Shown piece after piece: positions 62,925 through 64,000 of a stretch of 64,000 nt of DNA. The stretch comes from Psammoneis japonica (Eukaryota). Position 1 is the stretch's first letter. Every line of letters starts with the position of its first letter. The stretch is from assembly GCA_008632985.1 (NCBI GenBank), contig QPGO01000062.1:1-64000 (forward strand), in the 5' to 3' direction. A program made the translations under genes and the position numbers. A model generated the notes under the pieces. That model did no database searches, had not been told where the DNA came from, and saw only the letters and a list, made by a program, of their open reading frames with translations.

Positions 62925-64000
62925 CACGACTCTGAATGATGTTTGGATGCCCGTGGAATCTCCATTTAATTAGAGCAAAGCTCTGAATGAACAATGGACA
63001 TCCAACTAGAGCAAAGCTCTGAATGAACAACGGACGACGACAGCCTCTCCATTCAAACAGATCACAACTATGAACAAATTTGCTGATGCTCTGAACAACT
63101 GTCATTTACGAAGCTGTGCTTCGATTGACTCTGTCAACAAACACATCCGCCGAACCCTGACTGTGCCGGTGAAATCAATCCCAAGCAATTGCACATCATG
63201 TTGCGTCGTGCGCATGTGTTGCGTTGCCTCATTGTTTGTTGTTGTTGTTTCGGGTTGTCCTTCGGCGCCGTTTGTTAGATGCAGCTGACATGGTCTTTTG
63301 ACAACACTGCACACACAATGCAAACCTGCAATTGCAAGAACCATTCAATGCATTCATGCAAACCCAAACTGCCTTTCTTTGTCCAACCTTGCAACTGCTT
63401 GATCCAAAAACAACATCACACTTTTCGCCACAGCATTTTGCAGGGAACAGTGGGTTGGTTTTGAAGCACGCTTGAGCAAAATATTTTCCGTCATCTTGAT
63501 GGACCAAGGCATGGAACAAGTGAGCCTCCTCGCACTTGCACTGCAAACACAAACAAACAAACACAATTGGTTTGTGTGCGGGAACAAGACAACACAACAA
63601 CAGGCATGCCAAATCAACAATGACGTTTGCTCTGCACCTGCGAATTGCAAGCAGTTGTTTGATCCACTTGAGCCACAACGAGTGTTGCAGTTTTGTGTGT
63701 GCGTTTGTCATTTGCTGTCTTTGTCTTTGTTGCAAACAAACAACAAAGTGAGAGGTGATGTTTCCAAGATGCTGCGCACAATCCGCACGACTTCATCATG
63801 CATTCTCACCGCTTTGTTTTGCAATGGATTTGACAATGGTTTAGAGTGGTTGGCTGGTTGAGTCTGCAAAAGAAATGCCATCATGACACACATTGAATGC
63901 CGTTAGATCAACTTCTCAATGGCAATCCGGAGCACCAACAATGCTCTCACCTTTTCATTTGCGCCATTTGCCATCGTCTCTTCGACCTTTCTCATTGCAA
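62925..64000. repeat. TpA-depleted repeat with a Cys-rich (zinc-finger-like) ORF remnant at 63229-63735 (-)
   Basis: Composition; C.GEKC...VWVC.NA...C.FALC..C pattern. Cys counts are inflated by Tyr>Cys changes. Confidence 0.45.

Overview
Eukaryotic genomic DNA, very probably from a diatom: short GT-AG introns, two frustulin-type Cys-repeat genes, an AP2-domain gene and diatom-type Copia elements. Islands of ordinary host genes (~1.7-10.6, 28-33, 42-43 and 45.9-56.5 kb) alternate with blocks of transposon-derived DNA (~1-1.5, 10.8-28.0, 33.9-41.7, 43.9-45.85 and 57.7-64 kb). The main signal is that every transposon block has lost almost all TpA dinucleotides, converted to TpG or CpA (A>G / T>C on both strands), while host genes keep normal TpA. 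Conserved Tyr residues of transposon proteins read Cys or His (RT YVDD>CVDD, GYYH>GCCH). The two LTRs of one Gypsy differ mostly at ancestral TA sites. A piggyBac TTAA target duplication reads TTGA on one side, and a GTAAGT splice donor reads GCAAGC. This looks like a post-insertion, DNA-level, repeat-targeted hypermutation running opposite to fungal RIP. The mechanism is not visible in the sequence. Most ORFs in these blocks are artefacts of lost TAA/TAG stops. All counts and alignments were done by eye.
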